Assembly (NCBI GenBank): GCA_963724125.1
Contig: CAVRTJ010000009.1
Span: 19,524-83,523, forward strand
Length of the DNA: 64,000 nt
Reading direction: 5' to 3'
Source of the DNA: an uncultured Acidobacteriota bacterium
GTDB lineage: Bacteria > Acidobacteriota > UBA4820 > DSQY01
Shown: positions 43,197 to 54,903 of the stretch, in pieces
How the letters are laid out: every line of letters begins with the position of its first letter
Position numbering within the stretch: position 1 is the stretch's first letter
Program-made: the position numbers and the translations under genes
The notes under the pieces: model-generated
The model's database searches: none
The model's input: the letters and a program-made list of their open reading frames with translations, nothing else
What the model was told of the DNA's origin: nothing

Positions 43197-45035
43197 TCAG
43201 TCCAGTCCCAATACGGCTATGGCGGCGGCACCCGGGCCTGAGTGGGAACCTAGAACGGGCGTGGCCTCGATCACCGGAACGTCTTCCAGGTCGGTCAGTG
43301 TTTTGATGGCCTTAGCGTAGTATTCTGCGACGCCGGGCGCGGCCATATGGGCAACGGCCACGCGGTAATTCTGGTAGCGGTTCCACTCCTCGCTGGCCAG
43401 CCCGATTATCTTGCGGTGCACGCCCCGCGCACCGAATGCCGAACCCGGGCTGTAGGTCTTTCCTTCGTCGTTGAAAGCGATGATAGGCTTGATGTTGAGC
43501 AGGCGCGCCACCAGACTCTTGCCGAATCCCACGCGCCCGCCCCTGTGGATGAAGTCCAGGTTCTTCAACGCGATAAAAAGCCGGGCCCTTTTCCTCAGGT
43601 CTCGCAGGCGGTCCGCTATGGCTTTCGCGGCCATGCCTTCGAGCGCCATCCGCCTCGCCTCCCGCACGAGCAGTCCCTGCGCCACACTGACCGTGGCGCT
43701 GTCGACGACGTGCACCGGTGCGCGATCGAACTGCTTCGCGGCCGTCAACGCGGCCTGGTACGTTCCGCTGACTCCCCCCGACAGGCTCACGACGACTATC
43801 GCCTCCGCCCGCCTGGAAGCTTCCTCGTACGCGCGAAGGTAGTCCTTCGCCGCGGGCTGGCTCGTCTTGGGGTGGTGCGGAGAGACTTGGCACTTCCTCA
43901 TGAATTCCGATGGGGTGATCTCCATCTTGTCCAGAAAGACCTCGTCTCCGAACATGACTTTCAACGGGACGATCGAAATGAAATTCTTCCGCAGGTACTC
44001 CATGGGGAGATCGCAGGCAGAGTCTGCGATGATCGCAACTTTAGCCGTGTCCACCACCGCGCTGTCGTGCTGCGCCTGCATGTCTTCCGTCTTTTTCTTG
44101 AGGATGTCCCCGTAGCGCCCCATCACCTCGAAGAGAGCTGCCGGCTGGTTCGTATGGATATGGACCTTCAGGAGGCCCTCGCCCGAGACCACTACCAGGC
44201 TGTCTCCGAGCGACTCGAGATCGGCCTCCAAAGTCCCATGGGAGACGTCTTTTTCCGTCCGGGCGACGCATTCGGTGCAGAATCGGAAGGTCACGTCCAC
44301 GGGCGCATGGGCGAACACGAAATGGTCGTGGCCGCCGCCCAGGTCTTCCAGGTCTCCGGGCTCGGGGGCGCGCAGGCTCCCCGCCTCCATGTAGTCCGTG
44401 ATGCCTTCAAGCAGGTGAACAAACCCAAGCGCTCCCGCGTCCACGACTCCGTGCTCTTTGAGAACGGCTAGTTTTTCCGGCGTATGTGAAAGGGATTCTT
44501 TGGCCCGTACGAGCGCGCTTCGCAGGAGAACGGCGAAGTCGTCGTACTTCTTCTGCTGGCTTGTTATGTGGTCGGCCCAGTCCTTCATGACCGTCAGGAT
44601 CGTACCCTCGTGGGGTTTCGAAAGCGCGTCGTAAGCCGCTCGCTTGGCCCGGGATACGGCGGCCGCGAAATCCTCCGTCGTAGCCCTCGCCTTTCCGCCG
44701 AGCCCCTCGGCGAGTCCCTTGATGAATTGCGCCAGGATCGCGCCCGAATTCCCCTGCGAACCGAGGATCGCGCTCTCGGCCATGGCGTGGCATACCTTCT
44801 CAATGGATCGATGGAAGTGGTGTCGCAACTCATCCGCCACGGACCGCATTGTCAGGGCCATGTTCGTTCCCGTGTCCGCATCCGGTACGGGGTAGACGTT
44901 GATGTTGTTGAGTTGCTCTCGCCGTTCCTCTAGCCTGTCGATTCCGGCCAGGACGGCTCTCTTCAGGCGCCTGCCATCGAGGTAGCGGATCTTCACCGAG
45001 ACGGGTGCCTGCTGCCGTAACACGCCTTGCTGCAT
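43197..45035 (-). CDS. DAK2 (FakA-like) plus DegV (FakB-like) fusion, fatty acid kinase
   Basis: INVYPVPDADTGTN, GNSGAIL, EGTILTV, VVDAG, KVHIHT; then DSACDLP, KTSQP, SGTY, GGR, SHSGPG. Confidence 0.9.
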   Translation of the reverse strand: MQQGVLRQQAPVSVKIRYLDGRRLKRAVLAGIDRLEERREQLNNINVYPVPDADTGTNMALTMRSVADELRHHFHRSIEKVCHAMAESAILGSQGNSGAILAQFIKGLAEGLGGKARATTEDFAAAVSRAKRAAYDALSKPHEGTILTVMKDWADHITSQQKKYDDFAVLLRSALVRAKESLSHTPEKLAVLKEHGVVDAGALGFVHLLEGITDYMEAGSLRAPEPGDLEDLGGGHDHFVFAHAPVDVTFRFCTECVARTEKDVSHGTLEADLESLGDSLVVVSGEGLLKVHIHTNQPAALFEVMGRYGDILKKKTEDMQAQHDSAVVDTAKVAIIADSACDLPMEYLRKNFISIVPLKVMFGDEVFLDKMEITPSEFMRKCQVSPHHPKTSQPAAKDYLRAYEEASRRAEAIVVVSLSGGVSGTYQAALTAAKQFDRAPVHVVDSATVSVAQGLLVREARRMALEGMAAKAIADRLRDLRKRARLFIALKNLDFIHRGGRVGFGKSLVARLLNIKPIIAFNDEGKTYSPGSAFGARGVHRKIIGLASEEWNRYQNYRVAVAHMAAPGVAEYYAKAIKTLTDLEDVPVIEATPVLGSHSGPGAAAIAVLGLD

Positions 45036-45162
45036 CGGCCCCTCCGCGACAAGCGGGTATTATAAGCTATTTTTCGACATGCTCAAATTTCAGAGGGGCG
45101 GAAGCGGACGATCCCAACCGGACCTCTTCGAGAGCCTCGGCGCCGGAGGGGCGCCTTCCGGT

Positions 45163-46554
45163 TCATTGGAAGTCTTTCGACCAGCACTTTTCATTGCCCG
45201 TGCCATCGAAAGCGCACACGGTCACCGCCTGTTTCTTTCCAGCCGCCCCAGCCAGAGAAAACGTCCGGGAGAACGTGCCGTCTTTGTCCACGTCCACCTG
45301 TACGTCGTTGACCGTCACGTATACTACCGGCGAAACCCTCCCCCTCACGAGAACCACGTCGCCCAGGACGGTCACATCGGCGGACAGGCGCCAATCGGAA
45401 GGACTCTGCGTCTTCAGGGGGACCTCGAGCACACGGAACCACGCCGGCCACGACCAGAAAGTATCGCGGTTCCCCCCGACGGACCGCAGCCGCCAGAAGT
45501 AGAATCCCGCCGCGAGTCCGCCGAACGTCGTACTGCTGCCCGATACCGCCTTGTCCAGAGCGAGCGGTCCGGAGAAAAGAGGAGACTTCGAAACCTGGAC
45601 GCGAACCCTGGAGTGAAGCGCCTGATCCCACTCCAATTGAACGGTTGCCTTCCTGCCGGGGGAGACCCTGAAAACACGACCTCGTACGGGCTGCGCCTCT
45701 ATCGGAGGAATGGCGAGCGTATAGTCTGCTTCGAAGGCCTCGGCCGTGGCGCGGATGCCGACCGCATCTACACCTGCCTTGAGTTCACGCGAACCCGATG
45801 CGTTCTTGACCGTGGCCCCTCCGCTTCGCACCTGGACATCCGTTCGGTCGCCGCCCCGCAGCGCCACCATGCAGACACTGCCGGGGGCGAGGCTGACGTC
45901 CGCACCGCCCGCATGAATGAGCCCCGCCGCGTCCGCTGAGACTATGTCCGGAGACCTGTAGAGGAGTGAGCCGGCGAGAAGCGTCACGTCCACCCCGCTC
46001 CCGGAACTACCTGCCGTTATGGAATTCAGGCGCAGGGATGAATTGGGGCGAAGGTAAGCCTGTTCCTGGTTGGGAAAGTTCAGCAGGGCCATTCCGGTGC
46101 CGCCAGAAGTCAGCCTGTCGCCCGGAGCCACGTTCGCACTCTCTTTCGCAGCCAGGCTTCCGGAAGGGGAGATTATGGACAGGGAACCGGCCGCCGCCTT
46201 GATCGAGGGCATTTCTCTCGGCGTCTCCAGCTCGCCCTCGATGGGGCGAAGCACCGACAGAGCCTTCTCCGCCGAAGCCCTCGCATCTTTATACAGACCT
46301 CCTTTATAGGATGTCCTGGCGTCCTGGACATCCGCCTTTGCCGCGGACAGCTGACCGGCGTAACGTCTCGCCGCGTCTTCTTGCTCTACCCGGCCTGCAA
46401 GAGCCTGGGCCCGGTTGATGGCCCTGCCCGCCTCGGCCTTCTCCTGCCGGTGCCCGGTCACGTAGAGGTAGTAAACGCCGACAACCACGACCCCTGCAAG
46501 AACAACGGCCAACGCACTGAAAAAGATATTCACGTTCCTGGCAACGCGCCCCAT
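45163..46554 (-). CDS. Membrane-anchored FecR-domain protein with C-terminal Ig-like domains
   Basis: N-terminal TM helix, helical stalk, FecR-like PGDRLTSG..ALL.F....LRPNS, then beta-sandwich regions (GFYFWRLRS, VDKDGTFS). Confidence 0.65.
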   Translation of the reverse strand: MGRVARNVNIFFSALAVVLAGVVVVGVYYLYVTGHRQEKAEAGRAINRAQALAGRVEQEDAARRYAGQLSAAKADVQDARTSYKGGLYKDARASAEKALSVLRPIEGELETPREMPSIKAAAGSLSIISPSGSLAAKESANVAPGDRLTSGGTGMALLNFPNQEQAYLRPNSSLRLNSITAGSSGSGVDVTLLAGSLLYRSPDIVSADAAGLIHAGGADVSLAPGSVCMVALRGGDRTDVQVRSGGATVKNASGSRELKAGVDAVGIRATAEAFEADYTLAIPPIEAQPVRGRVFRVSPGRKATVQLEWDQALHSRVRVQVSKSPLFSGPLALDKAVSGSSTTFGGLAAGFYFWRLRSVGGNRDTFWSWPAWFRVLEVPLKTQSPSDWRLSADVTVLGDVVLVRGRVSPVVYVTVNDVQVDVDKDGTFSRTFSLAGAAGKKQAVTVCAFDGTGNEKCWSKDFQ

Positions 46555-46818
46555 ATCTGCCTCCCTGAACGGACTCGCGGGACGAGCCGGCGGCGCCCCG
46601 GAGCAAGCGGCTTTTATAAGAGGATAGCCCACCGTCCGTTACGAAACAACGGCGATCCCGGGGAAGGACGCCTTTGTGAGATTCGTCACTGCCTCCGAAC
46701 CGGACCGTCGATTCAGCCGGCCGGGGAGGCTCGCGGAGAAGATAGGGGCGTCGCTTGCCACGCGTGCTCTTTTTGGGTACTCTTTTCACTTGTTCCGCCA
46801 ACAAAAGAAGGGGGTTTC

Positions 46819-48844
46819 ATGAGCACCGACAATAAAAACAAGCAGCAACCGCTCGAGTTGCCGGAGAACGCCTACACCCAGTTAAAGCCCGGCGAAGAGT
46901 ACGTGCCCGTCATCACACGCGAGAAAGGCGAACCCGAGGTTACCGGACGGTCGATAGTTTTCGGCTTGATCATGACCGTGTTCTTCTCGGCGGCGGCGGC
47001 CTACATCGCGCTCAAGCTCGGGCAGGGCATCGAAACGGCCATTCCGATCAGTATCCTGGCCATCGGTTTCTCGGCCTTCATGGCCAAGATGGCCATGAGA
47101 AAGAGCGGCCTCATCGAAAACGTGAACATCCTGGCCATCGGTGCCACCTCCGGCATCGTCGTGGGCGGATCGGTCTTCACCATGCCGGCCATCTACATGC
47201 TCCATCTCAAGGGGGGATTCTGGCAGATTTTCCTCGTTCCCTTCCTGGGCGCGGTGCTCGGCGTGCTTTTTCTCATCCCCTTCCGACGCTACTTTGTGGC
47301 GGAAATGCACGGGAAACTCCCCTTCCCGGAAGCGACGGCAACCACCGAAATTCTGGTGACGGGCGAAAAAGGCGGCAGCCAGGCCGGGATTCTCCTCTAC
47401 TCCCTCGGCATCGGCGTCCTGCTGGACTACCTCGCGCTTTCCTACCACGCCTGGACCGATACCTTCACCACGGCCGCCGTGAAAGGCATGGCCTTCTTCA
47501 CCGATAAGCTGCGGGGCGTGTTCGCCATGAGCACGTCGGCGGCGGTGCTGGGCCTCGGGTACATCATCGGAATCCGATATGCATCCATCATCATGGCGGG
47601 CTCCATGCTGTCCTACTTCGTGCTCATTCCCCTGCTGGCGCACGTGGGAGGCCCCGTCTACGCACACCTCAATTACGAACAGATCTTCAGCGACAAACTG
47701 CTGGGCGTCAGGAACATCGGCATCGGCGGCATCTTCGCGGCCGGCGTCATCTCCATCATCCAGATGGCACCGGTCATCAAGCAGGCCGTCCAGAAGATGA
47801 TGGCCCAGCTTTTCAAGCGCCGCGAGCACGGCAAAACCGAGGCCGTGTCCCGCCTGGACCGCGACATTCCGATGCCCCTTGTCTTCGGCCTCATCGTTTT
47901 GGTTTCGCTGGGGATCTTCCTCTACTTCAGGTTCTCGGTACTCGCCCAGGACGCGCACCCCACTCTCCTGGCATTCCTCGCGCTGGCACTCACACTCCTC
48001 ATCGTGTTCCTCTTCTCGGCGGTGTCGGCGTGGGCGGTGGCCATGATCTCCGTGACGCCCATCTCCGGCATGACGCTCACGACACTGATCATCGCGGCGG
48101 TCATCATGTCGGCCCTTGGTCTGGCCGGACAATCGGGCATGCTCGCCGTACTTCTCATCGGCGGCGTGGTCTGCACGGCGCTCTCCATGTCCGGTTCCCT
48201 TGTGACGCAGTTCAAGATCGGCTACTGGCTGGGCTCCACGCCCTCGCACGATCGAGTGGAGCAACATAATCGGTTCGGCGTTGGCGTCCGTCACAGTGAC
48301 GGGCGTCATCATCATGTTCGCTACGGTCTACGGATACGGCGTACCGACGGCCCAGCACGCTCACCCTCTTGCGGCGCCCCAGGCGAGCGCCATGGCCGCC
48401 GTCTTGAACGCATTCCTCGGCGGACAGGGCGCTCCATGGATGCTGTACGGCGTAGGCGCGATCATCGCCGTGATCGTGGCGATGCTCGGCGTCTCCTCGC
48501 TGGCCTTCGCCCTCGGCATGTACCTTCCCATTCAGCTCAACAGCCCCATCCTGCTCGGCGCCATCGTGGCCTGGATGGTCCAGAAATCGAGCAAGAACCC
48601 GTCCCTGAGCAAGGCACGCAACGACAAGGGCATTCTCATCGCATCCGGCCTCATCGCGGGCGGTGCGCTGGCGGGCGTCATGGACGGTTTCACCAAGATG
48701 ATCTCCGAACGCATCGGATGGGAACCCCGCGCATTCCACTTCTCAGCTTCGGCGCAGAACTGGGCCGGACTGGTCGTGTTCCTTCTGCTGGCGGCCTTCC
48801 TGTACTGGGACTCGCGCAGGGCAAAGGTGGCCGGGACAGGGTGA
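46819..48844 (+). CDS. OPT family oligopeptide transporter (frameshift at ~48250)
   Basis: LKLGQGIETAIPIS, LPFPEATA, TPISGM, KIGYWLGSTP, APQA, FALGMYLP, ASGLIAG. Confidence 0.92.
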
Positions 48845-48889
48845 AAGCTCGGCGGCTTCAGAGGCCTGAGGCCGTTTGCACGGAAGCTC

Positions 48890-48932
48890 AAAAAAGCCTC
48901 GGACGGCCCGGCCGTCCGAGGCTTTTCCTTTT
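48890..48932. terminator. Bidirectional terminator
   Basis: AAAAGCCTCGGACGGC-CCG-GCCGTCCGAGGCTTTT. Confidence 0.88.
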
Positions 48933-48951
48933 GCCGATCGAGAGAAAACAC

Positions 48952-49894
48952 TCAGGCTGCAAACCACCCGGGAAGGGCGTCCTTGAATATCCTCCCCGTT
49001 TCCTGCAACACGTCCCGTGCTTCCGGCACGGTAAATCCCATTCGCTCGGCGGGAACGTCATCCCGACATCTCAAGACCCTGGAGGCGAGACCGGCGATGT
49101 AGGCCCCGTCCGATACCCACCCCTTCTCCATCGCGTCCAGAGCCTCCATGACGGACTTCCTGTTCTCCATGCCCGAGAAGGCCATCTTCGCCGCCAGGGC
49201 CCTGACGTTTTCGACGCCGTAGTCGTTCGCGAAGGCACCCACGGGAGGCCACAGGCAGCATTCGTAGAAGCTCTCCAGGATGCGCCGGGGCAGGCCATCT
49301 TCCGGGTAGAGGTCCCGCGCGCAGGAGAGGGCCATGATTTCGATCATCCTGCGACAGGTGTCCCTGCAGAAATGCGCCCTCGCCCGGCGGCAGCTTCGGC
49401 CAGTCGCCGTGAGCCAGTGGCTGACTCAGCAGGAGCGCCCCGAGCACGTATCTGGGCAAAAGCGGGTCCCCCTTGCGAAGGGTCATCCAACTGCCTACGA
49501 ACTGCGGGAAGGGATTCGGCGGCTGGGTCACCATGCCGTAAACGTCCGCAGGGCACGTCAGAAAGAATTCGTGCCCCTTCTGATCCTCTCCGGTCAGTTC
49601 CAAACCGATGCCGCAATCCGCGATACCCTGCTCCCGCCAGAAACTCTGAAGGCCCGAGGCTTTCCAGAATCGGGCCAGCAGGACCGCGACATACACTCCG
49701 CTCGCCAGCGCGAAATCCTTCAACTCGTCCGAAGGTGCTTCGGTGCCGTAATGGGAGGACAGCAGGTGGTCCAGGACATACACGTCCGGGAACTCGCCCG
49801 TGAGCAGAACCTGCCCGTCCGTCATAGCCTTGACCCTTCCGGCAAAGTCCATGCCGATCTTGACGGCATTCTCAAACGTCAGCGTCTCGCCCAT
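48952..49894 (-). CDS. Hypothetical protein (frameshift at ~49345)
   Basis: Two adjoining minus-strand ORFs with normal composition; AAGGA RBS; overlaps the PAS gene stop. Confidence 0.6.
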
Positions 49895-52226
49895 ATCGTT
49901 CCTTTCCGTTCTTCTCTGAAGTTTCGCTTCCCTGCTTGCCCGTGACCTCGTGGCACAGCCCCATGACCTCGACCACCACTCCGTCCTTGAAAATGGGCTT
50001 TTCGAAGGCCTCGAGCCGGATGATCCTGCCGCTCTTGTGGCGTATCTCCACGAAATAAGGCGGGGGCTCCAGCCCTTCGTCGAAAATGAGCCCGGATATT
50101 CGCTCGGCCTTTTCGTTGATGGGATTTTCGGTGCCGATGCAGGGATGGGGGGCGAGGAAATACTCGGGAGGATACCCCGTCACAGTCCTCCACGCCGGGA
50201 GAGATGTAAGAGTAGTTGCGGTCCCTGTCGTGCACGTAGAAGTAGAAGTCCGGCACATTCTCCACGATGTGGCGGAAGCGCCTCTCGCTGTCTTCCAGCT
50301 TTCGCCTGGCGATGACGTGATCCGTCACGTCCCTCGAGATGCCGCAGATGCCTACAATGGAATCCTTCGGCCCGCGCAGTGGTACCTTCACCGTATTGAA
50401 CACCCTTCTGCCCGCACCCGTTTGAACGGTCTCCTCCTCGAGCTCGACCATTTCACCGGCCAGGACTCGCTCATCGACACGGCGGATGAGCTGCTCTACC
50501 TCGGCGCCGAATAGGTCCCGGTCGGTCATGCCCGAGATCTCCGACTCGGCGATCCCGAGCAGCGTCCGCCATTGCGGGATTACCCAGCACGTACCTGAAC
50601 TTCCTGTCCTTGATGTAGATGGCGTCGCGGGCGCTATCCAGAATCGCCCTGGAACGGGCTTCGGAGGCCTGAAGCGCCATTTCCGCCTCGACCTTTTCCG
50701 TCACATCCCTCATGGCGATCAGGTCCACCACGCGACCGGCGTAATCGGTCTTTGTTCCCAGGGCTTCCACCCATATGCGGCGGCCGTCCCGCCGGACACA
50801 CTCGTAGCGTACCAGCTTGTGGTAATCCTCCTGAATCACTCGCCGGAGATCCTCCGCGACTCGCGCGCGATCGCTTTCCGCCACGAAGTCGAGTACGTTC
50901 AGGTCCTTGATTTCATCGAAGGACTCGTACCCGAACATGCGGCATATGGCCGCGTTGGCGGCCACGATACACGGGCCGATCGGATCGAGCACCAGGATGC
51001 CTTCGGTGACGTTGTTGTAGATCGTTCTGAACTTGAGCTCGCTCTCCTTGAGGTCATTCTCGATCTTCTTCTGATGAGAGATGTCCCTGATGGAACACAC
51101 GATGACGCGTCCCTGATCGAGTTGGGTCAGAGACACGCTCTGGTAGAAGGCGCCGCCGCCGCCCTTCCCGACCAGTTCCCCCGTCCAGTAACCGAAACGG
51201 TTGACGTGGGGAAGGACCTCTTTCTCGATGAAGCTCCACTGCAATTCGGAGTAGAGGTCGGACCATCGCTTTCCAGCCAGTTCCACGGGAGCGTCGAACG
51301 CGTGGATATGTGCAAAGGCGGGGTTCATATAGAGGAAAGTCCCGTCGGGCTCCAGGAGCGCGAGCCCGTCCACGCTCGAATCCATGGCCTTGTAAAGGGT
51401 GGTCAATTCCTGTTCGGACAGCTTCCGCGTGGTGATGTCCATCCGGCTCAACAGCACGCCGCTGATCCGCGCGTCTTCGTGAAGCGGCGAGACCACCAGC
51501 AGGTACCATCGGACCTGTCCACCTTCTCGAGTGGGCGATTCGAATGTGAACTGCTCCCGCCTGCCCTCGAGGACCGCACGGATCCCCTCCGCCTCGAGAG
51601 CCGAGTAGGAGTCTCCCGAATCGGCCGAGCTGGAGAGCGCGGCCAGATAGTTGCTGCCGGGGGCGCACTCCCATCCGCCCGGTTTGCCGTAGGGACTGTC
51701 TTTCCATGCTTTGTTGACCACGCGTATGGTGCCGTCCGTGTCGAGGAGCGCCATCTGAAAGGGCTGGCAATCCAGGCTGGCTCCCGCCATGGCGCGGTTC
51801 TCTTCGATCTCGGTGACGTCCCTCGCCATGCCGCTCAGCCCCGCCGGTTCACCGGTGGAATCGTGGTTGAGACGGACGGAAATCTGCAGGAAGCGTCTCG
51901 ATGCCGTCGGCTCTCGTCACTTCCAGGGTCGCCAGCTTGAGACTGGCTCCCGTCAGGTAGACCTTTCTGAAAACGGCGTGGAGCGACGCGGCGGATTCGG
52001 GCGCCAGGACGTCTCTATAATCCCGATTCAGCAAGCCGCCTTCGGGTATGCCCAGGAGCCGCTCCATGGCCCTGTTGGAGGCAAGAAAGCGCCCGTCGAG
52101 GTCTACCTCGAAGAATCCTTCGTCCAGCGCATCAAGCGTGGCTTTCAGACGCTCAAAGTCCGAGGAACCCTGCGTGCGATCCCGGCCTTCGTTTGCCACT
52201 TCTGATGGTTCACGAGGCTTTTCCAT
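49872..52226 (-). CDS. Multi-PAS protein (about six PAS/PAC domains, no recognisable output domain; frameshifted)
   Basis: Repeated PAS starts and PAC ends: ARDVTE, RMDITTRK, IRDISHQK, MRDVTEK, SRDVTD, CHEVT. Confidence 0.8.
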
Positions 52227-52406
52227 GGCGAAGTTCCCCTTTTGACCGCCTCGGCTCACCTCGGGCGACGCATGCCCCCCGGACATCACCTCTCGTTCCT
52301 CCGGGAATGGAGGTATTCAAGATCTATATATTATATATTACCACTCTGCATTCCAGGAGTTAAGGCACCAAACTGTCTGGGGAATGCGCGGTCTGCCCCC
52401 TTTCGT

Positions 52407-52557
52407 CGTCGCGATTCTGCGCCGCGAATCGGACCGCGTCTTACCGGTGAGACGGAACCCGCCGGCGGAGTTGCGGCCTTACGTGTTGGGAAGCTTTGCC
52501 TGCACAGCGATCCGGCCGATCACCCCTTCAGGCTCAATATCTGGCACGGCGATTGCA
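52407..52557 (+). promoter_or_regulatory. sigma54 promoter with candidate upstream activator sites
   Basis: TGGCACGGCGATTGCA at 52542-52557 (GG-N10-GC); CGTCTTACCGGTGAGACG at 52437-52454 and a weaker copy at 52407-52424. Confidence 0.8.
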
Positions 52558-52583
52558 TGGTGACAGGCCGGGAGGATACCACG

Positions 52584-53264
52584 ATGAGAACGAGAACAGA
52601 CGTTGACGAACACGTCCCGGCACAGGATCAGGAGAGCTACGAGTTCTCCTGCCCGACATGCGGCCGGATCTACAACACCTGCCAGGCGGAATGGTGCGAC
52701 TGCATCACCGACAACCCGACCTTCGTGTGTCCGCACTGCAAAAGCTGCTTCTGCGGCAGCAGCGTCCAGGAACGCAAAGATTTCTGGGAAGGCGCACCTC
52801 CGACCATGTGGCGGCGGCGACTGAAGAAGGGATTCAGAACGTCGCAGTGCCCGCCCTCGGAATTGGGCAATCCCATCCGGCGCCCCCTCGTATTGGTGGT
52901 CGACGACGAGTACGACACCCGGATCGTCGCTTTTCGTGTGCTGGAAGCGCTGGGATACGGCGTTCTCCTGGCGCAGGACGGAGCCGAGGCCTTCGAGCTG
53001 GCAAAGCACTACCAGCCCGATCTCATTCTGACGGACCAGATGATGCCCAAGCTCGACGGCAAGCACCTCTGCCGGCTCATCAAAGAGACGCCGGAGACCA
53101 GCCACATCCGCGTGATTCTGATGACCGGTCTCTACAAGAAAGAATCGCAGAGAATCGAGATCCTCAAGGACTTCAGAGCCGACGACTTTCTCACCAAACC
53201 CATCGCCTTTCACAGGCTGGGAGAGGTCCTCGAAGGCTGGCTGGCTTCAGCCCTTGTGGTCTGA
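52584..53264 (+). CDS. Response regulator with an N-terminal Cys-rich (probable metal-binding) domain
   Basis: CPTC..C..WCDC..CPHCKSCFC, then VVDDE, TDQMMPKLDG, KP; GGAGG RBS. Confidence 0.85.
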   Translation: MRTRTDVDEHVPAQDQESYEFSCPTCGRIYNTCQAEWCDCITDNPTFVCPHCKSCFCGSSVQERKDFWEGAPPTMWRRRLKKGFRTSQCPPSELGNPIRRPLVLVVDDEYDTRIVAFRVLEALGYGVLLAQDGAEAFELAKHYQPDLILTDQMMPKLDGKHLCRLIKETPETSHIRVILMTGLYKKESQRIEILKDFRADDFLTKPIAFHRLGEVLEGWLASALVV

Positions 53265-53397
53265 CGGCGATTCTTCCGCAAACCGTAGATCCTCCCTCCC
53301 GCCCCCCATGCTCCTTGCGGCGCCCGGCTTCGGACTTATATGCTGTAAAGGAGCACGGAGGGCGCTTCGCCTTCCAGCTCGCCCATACGGACGTCCC

Positions 53398-54893
53398 ATG
53401 AATACCTCGAACGGAACCGACTCAAAGTTCGGCGGCATCGCAGACGCCATGCTGGCGCTCGGAGAATTAGGCGAGGCCTTCGCCCTTGCCCGTTCGCCGA
53501 GCGACCTGGTCGCCCCGCTCGGCGATCGCTTTCGGCGTCTTGTCGACTCAGAAGAGGCATGGCTTCTCTGGCCGGGGTCCGAGGTAGAGGAAATGATCGC
53601 TTTGCGGTTGGTCGGAGGCGAGGGTCCTCCGGAGTGGAAAGGCTCGCGCGGCGAAAACCCGGACTCCGCGAACGGATGCCCCGATAACCTCGTGCGCCTC
53701 TACGGGGTCTTCGGGTGGGCGAGACGATCAGGCTCCCATTCGGAGCCCCCGAAAACGGAGAGGCCGCGCTCCTGCTGAAGATTCCGGCTTCCGGGGCCGA
53801 CGCGGTCAGCTCGATGCCTGTCCTCAAGTGCCTGCAGGGCCTTCTCGGCATGGCTTTCGAAGCCATCCACAAAGGGGCCTTGCTGTCTCGCGGAAAGGCG
53901 GAATGGGAGAAGGCGTTCGACGCGGCGAGCGACCTTTTCATCATCCATGACCCGCATGGCGGTATCTTCAGGGCGAACATGGCCGTCTCAAGTTTTGCGG
54001 GACTTCCGATCAGGCAATGCGTCGGCAGCACGTGCGGCCATCTCTTTCCCGGCATGTGCACAGACAGCGACATCGTGGGCATGGAGTGGACGCATCCGGA
54101 GAGCGGCAGGATGTTCCGGGTGTCGACACAGATCGTCAGCCTGTCGGGCAGGGCAGCAACCCTCCACGTCCTTCACGAGGTCACCGAGGAACGTAACCTC
54201 GCCTCCCTTGCCAGCGAGAGACAGAAGGTGGATCTGACAAAGAACATGCTTCAGGGGATAGCGCACGAGATCCGCAATCCCCTGTTCGGCATCAGCACGG
54301 TCATGCAGGCCCTGCAGGCGCGGTATGCGCCCGATAGCGAAGTCACGGTGTACATCAACACCGTTCTCACCGAAGTCAACCGCCTGGACGGCGTGGTCAG
54401 ACGGTTTCTGCAGATGGCATCTATGGATGACCACACCCCGTCCTGTTTTGCTGGTGTTGCGGATCTGCTCCAGGCGGCCGTAGGTCTTGTTCGAAAAAAG
54501 AACCGGGGGCTCTCCGGCGATCGAATCCAGGTAAAACCCCCGTCTCCGGACGCGCTGACGAAGATCCACAAGGAAACACTCTCCGAGGCCCTTGCAGAGA
54601 TCGTGGAAAACGCCCTCGCCACAGGAGGCGGAAGCACGCAGTCGACCGTCGAAGTAACGCAGACCGATCGCGAGGTCACGCTCTCGTTCTCGGACAACGG
54701 CCCGGGCATAGCACCCGAGCACCTGGCCAAGGTCTTTGAGCCGTTCTTCACGACGCATCCCCATAGAACCGGCCTGGGGCTGTCGCTGGCAAAGGCTGCC
54801 ATCATGCGAGACGGGGGCTCCATCAAAGTCCGCAACAACATCCCTTTTCCCGGAGCCTCTTTTCTGGTAACTTTGCCTATAGCTCCTTTATAA
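53398..54893 (+). CDS. Cytoplasmic sensor histidine kinase (GAF-like, PAS, HisKA, HATPase; frameshift at ~53690)
   Basis: AHEIRNPL, ENA, DNGPGI, FEPFFTT, TGLGL. Confidence 0.88.
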
Positions 54894-54903
54894 AGGCAGG
54901 TGC

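Noticed and set aside
28272-45140. Other intergenic TTCGA-like sites (GATTCGAAGC near 28272, CTCTTCGAGAG near 45124) and coding CTTCGAAG hits as members of the repeat family
   Set aside because: No tandem-repeat arms; the coding hits are explained by common codon pairs such as Phe-Glu.
46381-49803. 1140-aa ORF as a giant novel protein
   Set aside because: It is the OPT transporter N-terminal part joined to off-frame read-through across a terminator and antisense to another gene.
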